The notes under the pieces: model-generated
Database searches by the model: none
What the model saw: only the letters and a program-made list of their open reading frames with translations
Told to the model about the DNA's origin: nothing
Shown: positions 1 through 14,711 of the stretch, piece after piece
Position numbering within the stretch: position 1 is the first letter of the stretch
Layout: every line of letters starts with the position of its first letter
Source of the DNA: Eledone cirrhosa
Lineage: Eukaryota
DNA: 64,000 nucleotides
Direction of reading: 5' to 3'
NCBI GenBank assembly: GCA_964016885.1
Contig: OZ024742.1
Location: forward strand, 87,420,001 to 87,484,000
Made by a program: the position numbers and the translations under genes

Positions 1-177
1 TATGAGAAAAAATCTACGGCATTTTTAATATTTATTACTAATGTTGATCTAATTAACAACATTTATGCATTTCAATTGGATATGTGTACATCATAATAAT
101 ATTTGAATGGTTAGTCAGATATAATGGATATTGTATAACAGAGGTTAATGTATATCTACAATATGTACAAATATACG

Positions 178-1022
<845 letters not shown>

Positions 1023-1387
1023 TGAATGAATGTATGTATATATATATGTATATATATGATCCAAATCTATTACAATGTATTGTTTGTGTCTCACAACAGA
1101 ATTTTGCATTCTCACTCTGCTTATTTCCAAAAACCACATTGTTAAATTAATAATAATATTATTATACTGTCGATTTACATATGATTATGATTTTATATGT
1201 TTTGAAAAAGTAAATGTTACAATGCAATTAATGCAACATTAAATATTCTCTGTTTTGCATTTGCTTCTCTTTATTTTCTTCATTTACGTCCGTCAAAATA
1301 CACGGTATTTAACGGCTGTATACATCTCCAATTTTCTAGCATGATGTGTCACATATATATAGAGACATATGAGTGTAATATTTGTTA

Positions 1388-1519
<132 letters not shown>

Positions 1520-2231
1520 TCTATATATATATATATATATTTGTTTAGGCGCGTGTTTGGGCGTGTGTATCTATCCGTATGTATTCATATATAATATAGA
1601 TAATTACCTACATAGAGACACAAATATATAACTATAAACGCTGTATGAATCTATTTAACTTTGCGAATATAATTTTACCTAAATATTTCGTATTCCCTTA
1701 TTAAGAGCGACTCATAAGAAAAAATTCAATCCATTACTATTGTGATGTCCATACATATATATGTGCTATTTAATTGATTGACATTATACTGTAAAAATAA
1801 TATTCAAGTTCCAGAATGGTAAGATAAAACGAATGCTTTCATAAATCTATGTCTGATTTCTAATATGTATAAGAAGGACACGTATATAGACACACACGTC
1901 GTCACCAGCACTCGTACACATACACACCCATAGACACACAAAACACATGCACATACAATACAAATAGCATATATCGAAATATATATTCTTATGAACGAAA
2001 TCATACATGTAATCATGCATTTTCATATTAGCCATTCGTCTATACTGGCACATGAGCCCCCCCCCCCCCACGCACCATATATATATATGTATATGTATTT
2101 ATATATATATATTTATATATATATATACGTGTGTGTGTGGGTGTGGGGGGGAGTGCATGTGCGTGTGAGTTGGTGTGTGTGTGTGCAAATAAATACGTCA
2201 CCATAGATATAGAATCGTAGAAGAGATTTTC

Positions 2232-2285
<54 letters not shown>

Positions 2286-2320
2286 GTGAGGTTTTTTTTA
2301 CAAAATGAAAAATAACCGAG

Positions 2321-2438
<118 letters not shown>

Positions 2439-2471
2439 GCATACATATATATATATATATATGTATATATG

Positions 2472-2559
<88 letters not shown>

Positions 2560-2586
2560 CATTTATATATATGTATGTATGTATAC

Positions 2587-2701
<115 letters not shown>

Positions 2702-2838
2702 TCTACCAACATAACAGTAGTGTCCAATCCGTATGAAGAATGAATGGAATCCCAATATCATGAAATGAGATGTATTCAGAAATATTTTCGATGAAAATCA
2801 CAGGAAAACAGAATCAAGGTAAATTAATAAAAACAATG

Positions 2839-3726
2839 AATAAAAACAACGAAACAGTTCCTTATATTAACAAATTCATCATTTTCAATCGTGTCTAGTA
2901 TATATATGTGTGTGTTGGTATGTATATCATATAGATCTATGTAAACATTTTACAAACTATCAGAGGGAATATACATACGTACACATATATATGCTGTCTT
3001 CAGAAATAATGATATTTGTTTATTGAAAAAGACAACAAAGATTTAAGATAATAGGTCTGTTTGGGAACAGGTTTTGAATTGACCAATAGAAAAGTAGTAA
3101 GTGGTCACGTTGATAGAATAGTGGAAGTAGAAATTTGATTTAGGGGTAGAGGAATGCAGACTTCAGTTTTGAATGAAAAGAATATTTTGAATGAAAAGAT
3201 TACTTTGGGGATGAAAAGAGGTCAAGTCGGTGAAAGGTACACTACAAATTATTCTTTAATAACATCAAATGTTCGTGTATTTTCATCCCCAAAGTAATCT
3301 TTTCATTCAAAATATTCTTTCCATTCAAAACTGAAGTCTGCATTCCTCTACCCCTAAATTAAATTTCTACTACTACTATTCTATCAACTTGACCACTTAC
3401 TACTTTTCTATTGGTCAATTCAAAACCTGTTCCCAAACAGACCTATTATATTAAATCTGTGTTGTTTTTTTCTATAAACAAATATCATTTCGATAAAATA
3501 AAGTACCAGTGATGTACTGGTTAATTGCTGGCCTTGTGCCTAAAGTAGAAACAATTATTTCTGAAGATAGCATATATATGTGTAGGAATGTCTATTCTCT
3601 CCGATAGTTTGTAATATTTTTACATAGATCTATATGATATACATACCAACACACACATACATATCCTAGAAACGATCGTAAAATTATGAAATTTTCAATA
3701 TAAGGAACTGTTTCTTTGTTTTTATT
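2839..3726. repeat. long imperfect inverted repeat (arms ~2839-3217 and ~3280-3726)
   Basis: gattactttggggatgaaaa mirrors ttttcatccccaaagtaatc, and ggtctgtttgggaacaggttttgaatt mirrors aattcaaaacctgttcccaaacagacc. The right arm is interrupted by a SINE fragment. Confidence 0.92.
3490..3556 (+). mobile_element. SINE 3' fragment inserted into an inverted-repeat arm
   Basis: tcgataaaataaagtaccagt...gctggccttgtgcctaaagtagaaacaatt matches the 3' end of the SINE at 45929-46114 and is absent from the left arm. Confidence 0.9.
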
Positions 3727-3727
3727 A

Positions 3728-3767
<40 letters not shown>

Positions 3768-4516
3768 TAATAAATACAATGAATAAAAACAAAGAAACAG
3801 TTCCTTATATATATATATATATATATATACTCTTGCTTATATATGTATGTGTATGCCAATGTGTGAGTTTGCGTGGTTGTGCAAGTGCTTAAGTAGGCAT
3901 GAGGAGTTATGAGCCATAAATAATTACATACTGTCTAAGTAAAATATAGTAGGACACTTGTTTAAAAGTGCTCGATTGCACTGATACTATAACAGATTCT
4001 CTAGAATAACTAATACCTATGTTAAGCCTGTATTTACAGAGAGGTAATGTGACTCTGTCACCCATGAGACACATGTATTTCAACAAAATGTTAATCATAT
4101 ACAATCTTAGTCGCTTCAAGCAACAAGGGATTACTGGCATATTAGTTCTATGCTGGATTTGCATTCCTGACCACACTACAATCACTTAGATCTCCCTCCC
4201 TAACAAAACATTTAACTTACTAATAACACAATATCCTTTTTTGCCGGTTAAAATCCACTCAACTGAATCTATATGCTGCGCCTGACATGGGCAAAGTTCC
4301 TTCTCGGTTTATTTATGAATGCGCACCTGTTTTCCCCTTGCCGGCCATTAGCGTGGCTACCAAACACCATTGTTTGTTGTTTGTAGTTATCTTCTTTTTA
4401 TATCTTGATTCGTTCGAGATATGCCAATTGATGATATCACCACCTTCACAACATGCGCATATTTATTTTTATATGACTATTGATGAAATCACCCACACAA
4501 ACACACAAACACACAC

Positions 4517-4683
<167 letters not shown>

Positions 4684-4799
4684 TGCTATACTTGGGGAGG
4701 AACATATTGTTATATTATTGCCAGAAATAACAACAGACACACTCACTGTTTGGCTTGGTTTTGGGTTCGACAGAAGGTTACTACCGATTTCAAAATGCG

Positions 4800-5310
4800 T
4801 TATATTGGTAGACTTTTATTGAAATTTTGAAGTTTGAGAGGCGCACTTATATATGATGCGACGTTGGAATGCACTATATGCATTTCTCATTTTCTGTTGA
4901 GCCGTCATATGTAAAGCAGCATGGATTTATCCAAATCGATTATGCATGGCTATTAATTTCATGCGTTCAAATCTCCACCTAGCGCAGCAGCATCAATTCG
5001 CAGCAGTAACAATTTATTTGGGTCCCAACTGGCACAAATGCTTCCGTTCCCATAATTACAGTTTTGAAGATCGTTGTTATACAAAACATCAATCCGACAT
5101 AGATGAGGAGCAATATGGTGAGCTGATGGAAGCCAACTTACATCTGGCACTATGTCAACTCACCGTTTTCTGTATCCAACAATGGGTACCGCACACGACA
5201 ACTGACCGAAAACAAGGAAATACTGCCTCCACCTACCACCACAAGGCCCCACTGAGTGTCTCGTACGACTAAAAAGTTGTCATCCTCTAAAGCCTTTTAC
5301 GTCTATTGAT
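4800..5310 (+). mobile_element. decayed pogo-like DNA transposase fragment
   Basis: Frameshifted segments AINFMRSN, QLAQMLP and ADGSQLT resemble, in order, pogo GW..FMRR, IAQKLP and NADETPLT motifs. Recognised by eye only. Confidence 0.35.
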
Positions 5311-5376
5311 AATTACTTATGCACCCACAACTCTCGGCAGTATGCATAAAGAATGACTAGTGAGAAGCTGCTGGAA

Positions 5377-5433
<57 letters not shown>

Positions 5434-5674
5434 CCCAGATGTTATATGTATGCATTCATATGAACGAATGATTATTCTTTCATTAGCTTATAAGTTCACT
5501 GTTATATTTATAAGTATTGTTATACATGTCTCACGTTCCAATTGAATATATATGCATTACTACTATATGTGTGTCTATAAAAACACTTGCGTGAGAGTAA
5601 TCAGATATATTTGCTTTTATCTTATCTCGCGATTTTAGTTATTTGGTATGTAGATGTTGGACACCAAATGTTAT

Positions 5675-6600
<926 letters not shown>

Positions 6601-8379
6601 CTATATATATATATATATATATAAGTTCAACAAACCTAGTCTCACCGCCTCTCGCATCAGTCTTACTCTTCTCCATCCAGTTAGAAAACTGTACTGTACT
6701 ATGTCACTACTTTCTAAAATCACCTTTCAGTGAATGTAAAATAATTTAAGTAATAATAATACGCCTGTAAACACAACCCGATCGCAAAGTGAAATAATGC
6801 CGTCATTTCAAATAAAGCCATTTAATATTTACAAAAATGGAATCAATGTGCATCGTAAATGTTTAATATCCTGTTATTCGACACTTTTAAAAAATTCTCT
6901 GTTTACACTAATATGAATAGCTTTCTAGTACACATATTACTCTCAAGCTTATACAAAATGCAGATGCTCATTTAATTGGTTTTCGAGTGTATTTCTGCAC
7001 AAAAAAAAATAATATATTTATCTCGGTACTTTGCAAACCTCGATTTGGCAGAATTCATATTTTATATAAACACAGTCGTGTGATTTGTAGGTTCATTATT
7101 ACTACATCTTTCGCAGAAAATTATATTCTCTAAATTCATATCTTCCCGGAACTATATATTGCCCATTGGAGAAACACAATCCTGTTGGGTTCTTTTAATA
7201 GGTTAATTTCCCTGTGGAAATATTTCCTGCAATAATATGTCCATGATTTGTATGCATAGTTTGGCACGTAATTCTGTATTTCATTGAAAACACTTATTCT
7301 ATTATATATTATAATATTCCACTCTGCAATCTAGCATGCGTGTTCAAAAATTCATACTTCTAATCGAATTTCTGCCATGTGTTGGAAATAACAATATGTA
7401 GTAATTACGTTAAAGATATAATTATTTACTTTTTAATAATTATCTAAGTCATGACATTGCATACGAAACATCGTGTATTGCTGTATATGATAAATATTTG
7501 CATAGAATATTATATCCATTCTATAGTTTATGCACAAAAAGCCGTAATTGAATTATGGATGTTTCAGTGTATGTACAAATATATACACAAATGTGCTGCT
7601 TGTTAATGCAAGGTAAAAGGAGGCGGGATTGATGCTTAAAATTAGCGGTGTGTGAATACATGATTTAATGAAAACGTGACTTAGGGTCATATTACTTAAT
7701 ATATTCTCCTAACTGATAAACTCTATTTACACTTTTCATCTTCAATTATGAAATGGTTCAAATTATAAGCATTTGATCAGTTTTAATATTCATGCATTTA
7801 CATGAATACAAAGAAGGAAACATACTCGAGATCAAGTGCAAATAATAGACCGTCAATTAATTCTGAATAGATTCATATAAATGTGTATGTATGATCAGAG
7901 GTATTCAGGTCATTCGTGTTTGAATTCTCGTTCATTTTAACGGAGAAAATGGTGTTATTTCTAATAGAAAAAATAATAAGGCATTCGATAATAGATGAGG
8001 AATAAATTCGTATGATTCAGTTTCAAAAAAAACTTGCTGAAGTTCAAACAGCATTTAAGTGTCTATATGTATAACTAAATATGTGCATTGATTTAGGTAA
8101 TGACAAGGAATTAATCATATTATGCATGCATGCAATTCGTTGTAAAATATAAATATATGCTTAGATGTTATATATAATAGCTGTGATACATGCTGAAAGA
8201 AAATGAAAGAAATATATTGGGAAGAATATTTTCAAGAAACAAGTTACGATTACTTAATAATGTATATATGTTAAGGACAAAGCATGATTTCACATTTACG
8301 CCCGTCTTACAGAGGGTGGCTCAGGTGTTAATCATTCAAAGACAAAATGTCACCTGCTTTAGCCCAGAGTTCTGGTATT

Positions 8380-8465
<86 letters not shown>

Positions 8466-8705
8466 GTATGTATGTATGTGTGTGTGTGCATGTGTGTGTA
8501 TGCGTGTGGGTATGTGTGTGTGTGTGTGTGTGTGCGTGTGTGTGCATGTGTGTGTGTATAATTCACTAATTGAAAATACACCAAACGATCGACAGTAAAA
8601 CTAAACATGTGCATTCGGCATAGCTGCAATTCACTGAATTTGTTGAGTGAGCCATACGCTGGTCGAAGGACGTCTGCATTTATACCAGCGATGTTTGTTT
8701 ATATT

Positions 8706-8757
<52 letters not shown>

Positions 8758-8889
8758 GAGGGGGGGCTCTGTTTCTGTGTGTGTGAGTGTGTATGGAACG
8801 TTAATTATATTTAACTAGTCAGTGAATGCATTTATTCCAATCTATCTACATATCTAGGGAGGTTAACATTCCTGCCATTCATCATCTCC

Positions 8890-9490
8890 GATATGTCCTG
8901 TATTTCCAGCAGATCAGAGATGCCCTTAGGGAATCAATATATCCATACACCCTTCCAGGGTATCCGTGTAGGGGCTCCACTAGAGCAATGAGTGAAGTGT
9001 CATTTATGAATCTTGGTGAGCATCGTCAGCTAAGCCCAGTCTCCTCTGTCGAGCTGACGTATCTGAGGCTCAAATACAACTCTTCGTTATTCATCCTTAG
9101 AGCATTCGAGCAATGTATCAGAGACCAACTCAGCCTCGCTGGGTAGCACTCATCCATCATCCACCATCCGAGTGTGTCTCTTCGTATGTGCTCATATCTC
9201 AGTACCATGTGGCAGCACATATTTCACTATAGCGACGAAGTGACAGATTGTGATGTATTTTTGAAGGTCTGACATTCACAGCAACCTCAAAGCCACCCGG
9301 GCCTTTCTCTTCCTCTTCTTTACATCATTCCCGGCTTTCTTAAACGTCCCTCCCATATGCAGGAAGTCCTCATCAATATCTAGCGACTTTCTGCTCACGT
9401 TCATAATCTTATCAGGCTCCTTGATTTTCTCCACCAGAAACTTCATCTTCGACTCTATCACCCCCATTCCTACACTCATCGACATAATAT
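8890..9490 (-). mobile_element. decayed RTE-type LINE fragment
   Basis: Minus-strand peptides SMSVGM...ESKMKFLV, DFLHMGG...DVKKRKRKARVA and MNNEELY resemble the RTE fragments at 36085-36575 and 58960-59503. Confidence 0.7.
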
Positions 9491-9534
9491 TTGACTGCCT
9501 TTTTACTTATTACGCAAGCACTATATATATATAT

Positions 9535-9606
9535 ATTAGTTGGGAGAGAAAGTTTAGTAAGTAAGTTAATTTTATAATTTTCTTAATTTACGTCTCTCAT
9601 ATATAT
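9535..9606 (+). repeat. fragment of the 530-bp element family (cf. 51473-51542)
   Basis: attagttgggagagaaagtttagtaagtaagttaatttt...tacgtctctcatata matches 51473-51542. Confidence 0.7.
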
Positions 9607-10230
9607 GCCGTTTGGCCGGTGGCCGGGTCACTAAGTCAATCTATTTATATATTTTGCTAGCCTCTCCCTTGGCTAGTGATACTGCCACCTTCCTCTTTCT
9701 CAAGTTAACAGAAAGTAATGGAGCAATAGTGGTGGTAGCAATGAAGGACTGGTGGCGGCGGTGATGGGATAGTGGTAGCAATGATGGATGGATTGGTGGC
9801 GGCGGTGACTATAGTGATGGCGTTGTCGTTACTGTTTTTTGTTGAATAGACTGTAGTTTGTTTGATCTGTGTATCTATGCGTTTGTCGCGTATGTTTAAT
9901 ATATGTGTTGACATATTTTTCTTAATATTGGAATTAAACATTTTGTGAAAACTTGAGACGATAATAATAGTAATTATTATTATTATGCTGGGATTGGTGG
10001 TGGTGGTGGTGAAATTGCCGTTATCTGGCTGATGTATTTAGTGTACACAGAGGAGTGATTTGATAGATGGTGTATCTAGTTTGTTGTGTTGGTGAAATTG
10101 CAGTTATTTGGCTGTTCTATATAGTGAAGACAGAGGGGGTTTTCTTCCATTTATAACCATTTTCTGCTTTGAATATAAAATGTATAATACAAAATATTTG
10201 AGCGATATAACAGGATATTATGGATCCGAA

Positions 10231-10261
<31 letters not shown>

Positions 10262-10262
10262 T

Positions 10263-11887
10263 GCATTTATCTTGCTTTATGTTTATACGAGTTATCACCA
10301 AGTCACAACCAGTGACCTCAAGAGACAACAAGGTCCGCCATGTTCAAGAAAGAACATACATATTCACACATGCATCCTTAGTGTTTAGACTTGTGATGTA
10401 CTTATATTGACAGGATCTTCCTTAGTATATGGGCAGTTCCCATTAGTACTATCTTTTGTATTTCTCCTATACGCGGGTTTCCTGTGATTTCCGATAAGTA
10501 GTTGTTAGACCCCTTAGGTATCATTCCCAGAGCGCCTACAACCACTGGTATTGTTTTAGTTCTCAATTTCCACATTTTTCCAATTTCTATCTCCAGGTCC
10601 TTATGCTTGCTCAATTTTTCAAATGTTTTTATAGATACATTCTTGTCTATTGGAACAGACATATCAATTAGCAGGCATACCCTCCTTTGAAAGTCCTTCA
10701 ATATTATATCAGGTCTATTTGCATCTATTTTTCGGTCTGTTTGGATGCTAAAGTTCCACAAGATTGAGATGTGATCTTTTTCAAGTATGGGAGGTGGTTG
10801 ATGTTCCCACCAATTCTTTTGATGGGGCAGGTCAAAATGCTTACACATTATCCAATGTATGTATTGTGCAGCTCTGTCATGCCTGTTTAGGTATTCGGTT
10901 GGAGCTATAGGACTGCACATTGAAATTATATGGTCAATGGTCTCTGGTTGTTTTTTGCATACACGGCATAATGGGCTGCACCCATTTTTTATTATGTTGG
11001 CTTGGTAATTTTTTGTTGGCAGACACTGATCTTGTGCGGATATAATCAGTCCTTCAGTCTCCGATTTCAGTCCAGAGGATGCCAACCACTGATGGGTTAA
11101 AGTGTTGTCAACATCAGGATTGTTAGCTTGCTCTGGGTATTTTCCATACAGAGGCTTTTCTTGCCATTTCTTAGCCAGTTTCTGTAGCAGTTCTTTCTTT
11201 GCAGTTACTTTTACCTGCTTTGCTTTTTCTGTGTTTTCCATTTCAGCAGTAAATGGGACTTCTGAAATGTGTAGTCCATTACTGTATCTTTGTGCATCTT
11301 TTGTAATGGAATATGATCTTTTGGTGCTTTCGTGTTTCAAAACGAGTTTGATCATCCAATCATGTGATTCCCTTATATATGTGGATAATCCAATTGTTGC
11401 AGTTTTCAACGCAATGTCTAACTGGATTAACCCACCTCCTCCTTCTTTCCTAGGGAGATATATTCTATCTATGTCTGCCTTAGGGTGATGCATTCTGTGC
11501 ATGGTTAAGAATTTTCGCATTTTTGTATCGAGCCTACGGATCTCTGTGCTTGACCAGTTGATGACATTGTAACTGTAGGTTACTACTGATATGGCAAGCG
11601 TGTTTATGGCATCGATCCTATTCCTTGCATTCAATTCCGTTCTTAAGATTGCTCTGACTCTGCGGTAACATTCCTTCCTTATCCTTTCCCTCATTGTCGA
11701 GTGCTTGATTCCGTCTCCTTCACAAACACCTAGATATTTGTAAGTTTGTTCTTGATCAAGCTCTCTTATCACGTTCCCTGATCAAGATTAATGTCTGAAC
11801 TCTTCAGCAGCTTTCCTCTGGTGAACGTTGCTTTGGCGCATTTATCCAGTCCAAACTCCATTTTAATGTCATCACTGAACTGCTTCT
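10263..11887 (-). mobile_element. R4/Dong-clade non-LTR retrotransposon A, 5'-truncated, inserted in (TAA)n
   Basis: Starts in the late RT region (FSDDIKMEFGLDKC). Bounded by (TTA)n at 10231-10262 and 11888-11928. 3' UTR ~10263-10401. Confidence 0.88.
10402..11772 (-). CDS. C-terminal RT thumb, CCHC zinc knuckle and restriction-like endonuclease of element A (frameshift near 11775)
   Basis: YKYLG; GGGGL; CRVCKKQPETIDHIISMC (CX2CX8HX4C); RHD; RPDIILKD; IDMSVP; KLSKHKDL. Confidence 0.85.
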   Translation of the reverse strand: MIRELDQEQTYKYLGVCEGDGIKHSTMRERIRKECYRRVRAILRTELNARNRIDAINTLAISVVTYSYNVINWSSTEIRRLDTKMRKFLTMHRMHHPKADIDRIYLPRKEGGGGLIQLDIALKTATIGLSTYIRESHDWMIKLVLKHESTKRSYSITKDAQRYSNGLHISEVPFTAEMENTEKAKQVKVTAKKELLQKLAKKWQEKPLYGKYPEQANNPDVDNTLTHQWLASSGLKSETEGLIISAQDQCLPTKNYQANIIKNGCSPLCRVCKKQPETIDHIISMCSPIAPTEYLNRHDRAAQYIHWIMCKHFDLPHQKNWWEHQPPPILEKDHISILWNFSIQTDRKIDANRPDIILKDFQRRVCLLIDMSVPIDKNVSIKTFEKLSKHKDLEIEIGKMWKLRTKTIPVVVGALGMIPKGSNNYLSEITGNPRIGEIQKIVLMGTAHILRKILSI

Positions 11888-12002
11888 TTATTATTATTAT
11901 TATTATTATTATTATTGTTATTGTTATTCCTTGAATCTCAGTCATTGATGTTGGTTAACTGGAAAGTCCGTTGGATTGAATATCAAGCCACTACCTGCAG
12001 CC

Positions 12003-12734
12003 TCAGATATTCAGGACGTATCGGAGGGTTCTTGCCGTTCCAAGCAAGCATGCCTTTTGAAGCGTTCCAAAAAGCGTGAAGGGGCCGATTTTCTTTAACC
12101 ATCCCTGGAAACCTTTGGAGATAGTCCCCAGTGCGCCTATGACAATCGGGATCACTTTGACTTCATGGCAGTTCCAAACCCTTTTCACCTCCCACTTTAG
12201 GTCCTGGTATCGGTTAATTTTCTCCCTATCCTTCTCTTGCACTCTCGTGTCGAACGGGCAGGCCACATCCACAATCAGGCACGATCTTTTTTCTTTGTCC
12301 ACAACCACCAGGTCAGGTCTATTGTGTTCCAGTTTTTTGTCCGTCTGTATCCTAAAATCCCACAGCACCTTCACCTGACTGTTCTCCATCACCGCCTCTG
12401 GCCTATGCTCATACCATTTCTCAGAATGTGGTAGATTGTTTACTTTGCACAGGTGCCAGTGGATCACCCTGCCCATCACATCGTGTCTCCAGCCCTTATA
12501 GTGGGTCTGGGCTAGGTGTTTACACTCGGACACAATGTGAGCCACAGTCTCCTCTCTCTCTCCACAGATCCTGCACAGTGGGCTAGCCTCCTCCTTGTAG
12601 ATATGGTGCTTCAACCACTTCGTTTTGAGGGCCTGCTCCTGCGCAGCCATTAGCATTCCTTCTGTAGCCTTTTTGAGGTCTCCTCTTCTCAACCAGTTCC
12701 ATGTCTGTGGATCTCTAAAATTCAGTTTTCTCAA
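12003..12734 (-). CDS. CCHC and restriction-like endonuclease region of element B (joined by a frameshift at ~12715-12734)
   Basis: CRICGEREETVAHIVSEC, RHD, RPDLVVVDK, VDVACP, KINRYQDL, IVIGALG. Confidence 0.88.
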   Translation of the reverse strand: MRKLNFRDPQTWNWLRRGDLKKATEGMLMAAQEQALKTKWLKHHIYKEEASPLCRICGEREETVAHIVSECKHLAQTHYKGWRHDVMGRVIHWHLCKVNNLPHSEKWYEHRPEAVMENSQVKVLWDFRIQTDKKLEHNRPDLVVVDKEKRSCLIVDVACPFDTRVQEKDREKINRYQDLKWEVKRVWNCHEVKVIPIVIGALGTISKGFQGWLKKIGPFTLFGTLQKACLLGTARTLRYVLNI

Positions 12735-14595
12735 AGAAGGTACTATGAAGGGATTTTCCCTTAAGGCTGCTCTTCCTCCTTGATGTTATTTCCTCCTTGG
12801 GTATCCCCTGGCCTACTGTCCCCTCCTTCAGTACAGCTCTGAGCATTGGCTCCTTACTATAGGTCACGTATTTGTATAGGTTGTTTTTCTCCATCTGAAC
12901 ACAGTCCTCTATGCTGATAAGACCTCTTCCACCCTCAGATCTCCTTAGGTAGAGTCTATCGACATCACTCCTCTTGTGGAACATGTTGTAGATAGTCAAT
13001 AGCTTCCTAGTCTTCCTATCCATTTCTTTTTGTTCAGCAACATTCCATCTCAGAATTCCCGCACTGTACCTAATAATAGACACAGCTCGGGAATTTACTG
13101 CGCTTATGGCATTTCTGCTGTTCAGATGTGACTTCAATACGCTCCTTACTCTCCGAATGTATTCAGTTCTTAACAATTCCTTCATTTTTTTGTTCTTTAT
13201 GCCATCAGCCTCCAGAACGCCCAAATACTTGTATCCTTCCTCAGAGTCAATTTCCTTTATCATCTCACCTGTTGGTATCTGGATCCCGTTACTTCTGCTC
13301 AACCTACCCCTCCTCATCACAATGACTCCACATTTACCAATACCAAACTGCATACATGTATCACTGCTGAAAATACGGACAGTGTCAACAAGCACATCCA
13401 ACTCCTTCTCACTTTTCCCGAAGAGCTTAAGATCGTCCATGAAGAGGAGGTGATTGATGGTAAGCTCTCCCCTTCCCAACTTGTATCCTGCTCTCACTTT
13501 TCGCAGCATAATGGTCAAGGGCATCAGGGCAAGGACAAACAACAGGGGGGACAGGCTATCTCCCTGGAAGATACCTCTCTTGATCTTCACGCTTCCCAAG
13601 GATACTCCAGTTGATGTCAACTCTGTCTCCCAGGACCCCATACTCCTGCCCAGCAACTGTCTGATGTTATCTGCCACCCTGAAGATCTCCAGGCTTTTGG
13701 TGATCCAGGAATGAGGCACCATGTCAAATGCCTTTCTGTAGTCTATCCATCCCATGGCAAGATCAGTGTGTCTCCTCCTGCAATTCCCCATTACCATCTT
13801 ATCAATAAGCAACTGGTCCTTTGTACCACGTGACTTCTTTCGGCATCCTTTCTGTTCGTCCGGCAACAAGTTGTTTGTGTGGAGGTGATGGTAGATTTCC
13901 TCAGACACAATGCTCGTCAACAGTTTCCACATTACGGGCAGACATGTGATAGGTCTATAGTTGGTAACATCATTACCCTTGATTCGGTCTTTCATTATCA
14001 GAACTGTGGTACCTTTTGTCAACCACTCTGGCACCTCACCCGACACCAAGCAGTCATTGAACATGGCCGTCAGCTTCGGGTGGAGGGATGTTAAATGTTT
14101 AATCCAATACCCCTGCACACCATCTGGGCCTGGTGATTTCCAGTTGGTTAGTTTTTTGGCTTGCCCCTTAAGAGTTTCAACTGTGATACTCAAATCAGTC
14201 TGTTGCTGTGCCTGCTCACCGATCTCCCTCTGTACTGTCTCAATCCACCCTGCCTGGGCATTGTGTCTAACATCCTGCTCCCATATTCCTCTCCAGAATG
14301 TTTTAGCTTGTTCCGCCCCAGGGATCAAGTCGGTGCCTCTTTCTTTCCCCTCAAGCTGTCCAAACAGCATCTTCTGGTTGTTGTCGAACATGCGGTTCTG
14401 TTTATACTGACTGACTCTGTTCTCGTATCGCCTGATTTTGGCACTCTTTGCTACAATGCGTTGCTTCAATTCCTCTATGATAATGTTTAGCTTTTTACTC
14501 CTAGTTTTGTATTTTATTTCCAGTCTATTTTTAGTGCCTATGTTTTTTAGTGTCCCATTCAGTAGTGACTCAAGCTTTCCTATGTCATTTCTCAT
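12715..14595 (-). CDS. reverse transcriptase region of element B
   Basis: WKSPGPDG, YRPITCL, EQKGCR, WIDYRKAFDMVPH, GIFQGDSLSPLLF, HLLFMDDLKL, YKYLG, GGRGL. Confidence 0.92.
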   Translation of the reverse strand: MRNDIGKLESLLNGTLKNIGTKNRLEIKYKTRSKKLNIIIEELKQRIVAKSAKIRRYENRVSQYKQNRMFDNNQKMLFGQLEGKERGTDLIPGAEQAKTFWRGIWEQDVRHNAQAGWIETVQREIGEQAQQQTDLSITVETLKGQAKKLTNWKSPGPDGVQGYWIKHLTSLHPKLTAMFNDCLVSGEVPEWLTKGTTVLIMKDRIKGNDVTNYRPITCLPVMWKLLTSIVSEEIYHHLHTNNLLPDEQKGCRKKSRGTKDQLLIDKMVMGNCRRRHTDLAMGWIDYRKAFDMVPHSWITKSLEIFRVADNIRQLLGRSMGSWETELTSTGVSLGSVKIKRGIFQGDSLSPLLFVLALMPLTIMLRKVRAGYKLGRGELTINHLLFMDDLKLFGKSEKELDVLVDTVRIFSSDTCMQFGIGKCGVIVMRRGRLSRSNGIQIPTGEMIKEIDSEEGYKYLGVLEADGIKNKKMKELLRTEYIRRVRSVLKSHLNSRNAISAVNSRAVSIIRYSAGILRWNVAEQKEMDRKTRKLLTIYNMFHKRSDVDRLYLRRSEGGRGLISIEDCVQMEKNNLYKYVTYSKEPMLRAVLKEGTVGQGIPKEEITSRRKSSLKGKSLHSTFFEKTEF

Positions 14596-14651
14596 TTCCC
14601 CGATTTGCCCACTCAGTCGCTTCTTCCACCACGGCTCTGCTCTTTCTTGTC

Positions 14652-14711
<60 letters not shown>

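Larger units (their letters stand above)
11929..14651 (-). mobile_element. R4/Dong-clade non-LTR retrotransposon B, 5'-truncated, inserted in (TAA)n
   Basis: Full RT plus RLE domain, bounded by (TTA)n at 11888-11928 and 14652-14709. Protein is clearly diverged from element A. Confidence 0.9.
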
